A stretch of DNA of 48,319 bases, taken from sequence record SRR20825019_1319, one strand, 5' to 3'. Shown here piece after piece: positions 46,286-48,319 of this stretch. The notes under the pieces are model-generated. The model was not told where the DNA came from, searched no databases, and was given only the letters and a program-made list of their open reading frames with translations. Position numbers and translations under genes: made by a program. Every line of letters begins with the position of its first letter. Within the stretch, counting starts at the first letter, position 1.

Positions 46286-47947
46286 GTGTCGAAGTCAAAA
46301 ATCACAGGCGGCCAGGCACTGGTCGAAGCACTTCTGGTGAACGGTTCGGATACCGCTTTTGGGGTTCCGGGCGAGAGTTACCTCGCTGCACTTGATGCCT
46401 TTCATGACGCCACTGATAGTTTCCGTTTCATCACCTGTCGCCATGAAGCCAGCGCGGCCAATATGGCGGAAGCTTACGGCAAGTTGACTGGCAAGCCCGG
46501 CATTTGTTTTGTCACCCGTGGGCCGGGCGCCACACATGCTTCCATCGGGCTACATACCGCATTTCAGGACAGCACACCGATGATCATGTTCATTGGTCAA
46601 GTGGCAGCGGATCAGGTGGAGCGCGAAGCGTTTCAGGAGATCGACTACCGGCGTTTCCTTTCGGAGGTCACCAAATGGACCGCAGAGATTAACGACGCCT
46701 CGCGCATTGCGGAATATGTCGGTCGGGCTTACCGGGTCGCGACATCCGGCAGACCGGGGCCTGTAGCACTCGCGCTGCCGGAAGATATGCTGCGTGAACT
46801 TTGTGAGCCGCAGGAACAAACCCCATACACCCCAGCCCTTGCGCATCCGGGCACGGCTGATATGGCAGAGCTCAAACGTCTGCTTGAAGGTGCGGAACGG
46901 CCACTTGTTATGCTGGGCGGCAGTGGTTGGACACCTGACGCGGTAAAACTGATTGAGACATTCGCAGAGAACAACCATCTGCCCGTTACCGTGTCCTTCC
47001 GTTGTCAGGATCGGTTCAACAACAACCACACCAATTATGTGGGTGACATGGGCATTGGCGCCAACCCGAAACTGATCAAACGCATGCAGGATGCAGATGT
47101 GCTTCTTGTGCTTGGCCCCCGGCTTGGTGAAATGACCACGGGCGGCTACGAGCGCCTTTCTGTTCCGGTTCCGAAACAAACCCTTATTCATATGCATCAG
47201 GGCGCGGAAGAGCTAGGCCGGGTTTATCACCCCACGCTTGGCATTAACGCGAGTCCACAGACCATCGCGCCCCTTTTGGCAACCATGAAGCTTGAGGGCG
47301 CGGACAAGTGGGCGGAAAGCACAAAAGCTGGCCGCGCAGACTATGAGGCATGGAACACACCCACAGATAATCCGGGGGGGGTGCAGCTTGCATCGCTCTA
47401 TAAACACATGCGTGAGGCATTGCCCGATGACAGCATCTTCTGCAACGGCGCTGGCAACTATGCCTCATGGCTGCACCGGTTTTATCGCTACCGGGCTTTC
47501 CCAAGCCAATTGGCGCCCACATCCGGCGCCATGGGTTACGGCGTACCCGCAGCTATTGCTGCCAAGATCGTGCACCCTGAGCGTACCGTGGTGGCGTGCG
47601 CGGGCGACGGCTGCTTCATGATGAGCGTGATGGAACTGGCGACGGCCGCACGCTATAGTGCCAATGTCATCTTCCTCGTGTTCAATAACAGCATGTATGG
47701 CACTATCCGCATGCATCAGGAACGGGACTACCCCACGCGTGTATCAGCCACCGAGTTGACCAACCCGGACTTCGTGGCGTTAGCCGAAAGCTTTGGTGCG
47801 TTTGCCGCGCGGGTTGAGAGCACGGAAGCTTTTGCACCGGTCCTTGAGGCTGCGCAGGCCAGCGGCAAACCAGCACTCATTGAAATCACCGTTGATCCGG
47901 AAGCGATTGCCCCCACGGCGACCTTGTCCGGGCTGCGAAACAGATAA
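46286..47947 (+). CDS. Thiamine-diphosphate-dependent enzyme (acetolactate synthase-like fold; possible 2-oxoacid decarboxylase)
   Basis: FGVPGESYL, CRHE, FVTRGPG, SGAMGYG and the ThDP motif GDGCFMM...NNSMYG; GTG start with a GAGG RBS; no ilvH/ilvN partner nearby. Confidence 0.88.
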   Translation: MSKSKITGGQALVEALLVNGSDTAFGVPGESYLAALDAFHDATDSFRFITCRHEASAANMAEAYGKLTGKPGICFVTRGPGATHASIGLHTAFQDSTPMIMFIGQVAADQVEREAFQEIDYRRFLSEVTKWTAEINDASRIAEYVGRAYRVATSGRPGPVALALPEDMLRELCEPQEQTPYTPALAHPGTADMAELKRLLEGAERPLVMLGGSGWTPDAVKLIETFAENNHLPVTVSFRCQDRFNNNHTNYVGDMGIGANPKLIKRMQDADVLLVLGPRLGEMTTGGYERLSVPVPKQTLIHMHQGAEELGRVYHPTLGINASPQTIAPLLATMKLEGADKWAESTKAGRADYEAWNTPTDNPGGVQLASLYKHMREALPDDSIFCNGAGNYASWLHRFYRYRAFPSQLAPTSGAMGYGVPAAIAAKIVHPERTVVACAGDGCFMMSVMELATAARYSANVIFLVFNNSMYGTIRMHQERDYPTRVSATELTNPDFVALAESFGAFAARVESTEAFAPVLEAAQASGKPALIEITVDPEAIAPTATLSGLRNR

Positions 47948-47980
47948 CGATAGAAATAAACCCAATACCCAAGGAGATAG

Positions 47981-48319
47981 ATGATGCAGGCACGTGTTGC
48001 TGACATCCTGAAAGAACTGGATATCAACCCATCCGCTTTTGAAAATGGCGATCTGGATGTTTATTCACCGATCGACGGCGGCCTGATGGGCAAAGTGAAA
48101 ATGGACACCAAAGAGACGGTGGACCAGAAGATCGCTGATGCGGCAGAAGCCTTCAAGGCCTGGCGCACCGTACCGGCACCACGCCGGGGCGAGCTTGTCC
48201 GCCTGCTGGGTGAAGAGCTGCGCAAATACAAAGACCCGCTGGGTGCGCTGGTGAGCGCTGAATGCGGCAAGATCTATGAAGAAGGCAAAGGCGAAGTCCA
48301 GGAGATGATCGACATCTGT
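47981..48319 (+). CDS. amaB: Aldehyde dehydrogenase of ALDH7 type (aminoadipate-semialdehyde/P6C dehydrogenase), 5' part only
   Basis: Read by hand: MMQARVADIL...YSPIDG...AFKAWRTVPAPRRGELVRLLGEELR...LVSAECGKIYEEGKGEVQEMIDIC; AAGGAG RBS; runs off the window. Confidence 0.85.
   Translation, partial: MMQARVADILKELDINPSAFENGDLDVYSPIDGGLMGKVKMDTKETVDQKIADAAEAFKAWRTVPAPRRGELVRLLGEELRKYKDPLGALVSAECGKIYEEGKGEVQEMIDIC

Noticed and set aside
46286-47947. Annotation as ilvB/ilvG acetolactate synthase
   Set aside because: No regulatory small subunit or ilvC nearby and the context is lysine catabolic, so no gene symbol was assigned.

Overview
A 48.3-kb chromosomal window from an alphaproteobacterium (GapR, TacA, DUF2336/SpbR-like and zinc-free L36 genes; a marine Kordiimonadales/Sphingomonadales-like lineage is my inference). 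Left to right it holds: the pntAa-pntAb-pntB transhydrogenase operon; tacA-murI; a stand-alone periplasmic Cache-like protein translationally coupled to a chemoreceptor; an orphan asparagine-synthase-like ligase lacking Cys1; gapR; a TonB-dependent receptor with a divergent, His-less GntR regulator that interrupts the gapR/DUF1244/FGase/pyk block; a HAD hydrolase; rpmJ with a long structured leader; a candidate ~90-nt sRNA; an M14 peptidase; a 4-TM HxH membrane protein; apt; arsC-acr3 with no arsR; dedA; and two tandem DUF2336 paralogs. It then carries a ~17.7-kb sigma54 module: a membrane-fusion protein, one ABC ATPase and five tandem ~810-840-aa MacB/FtsX-type permeases, with a consensus -24/-12 promoter, three palindromic enhancer boxes and a divergent two-component system whose kinase has no periplasmic sensor. 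The window ends with a secreted Cys-containing protein and an Lrp-regulated saccharopine-pathway lysine operon that includes an unexplained ThDP enzyme. I saw no rRNA, tRNA, CRISPR array or transposase. The five-permease sigma54 module is the best candidate for an uncharacterised system. All family calls come from motif recognition by eye; no searches were run.
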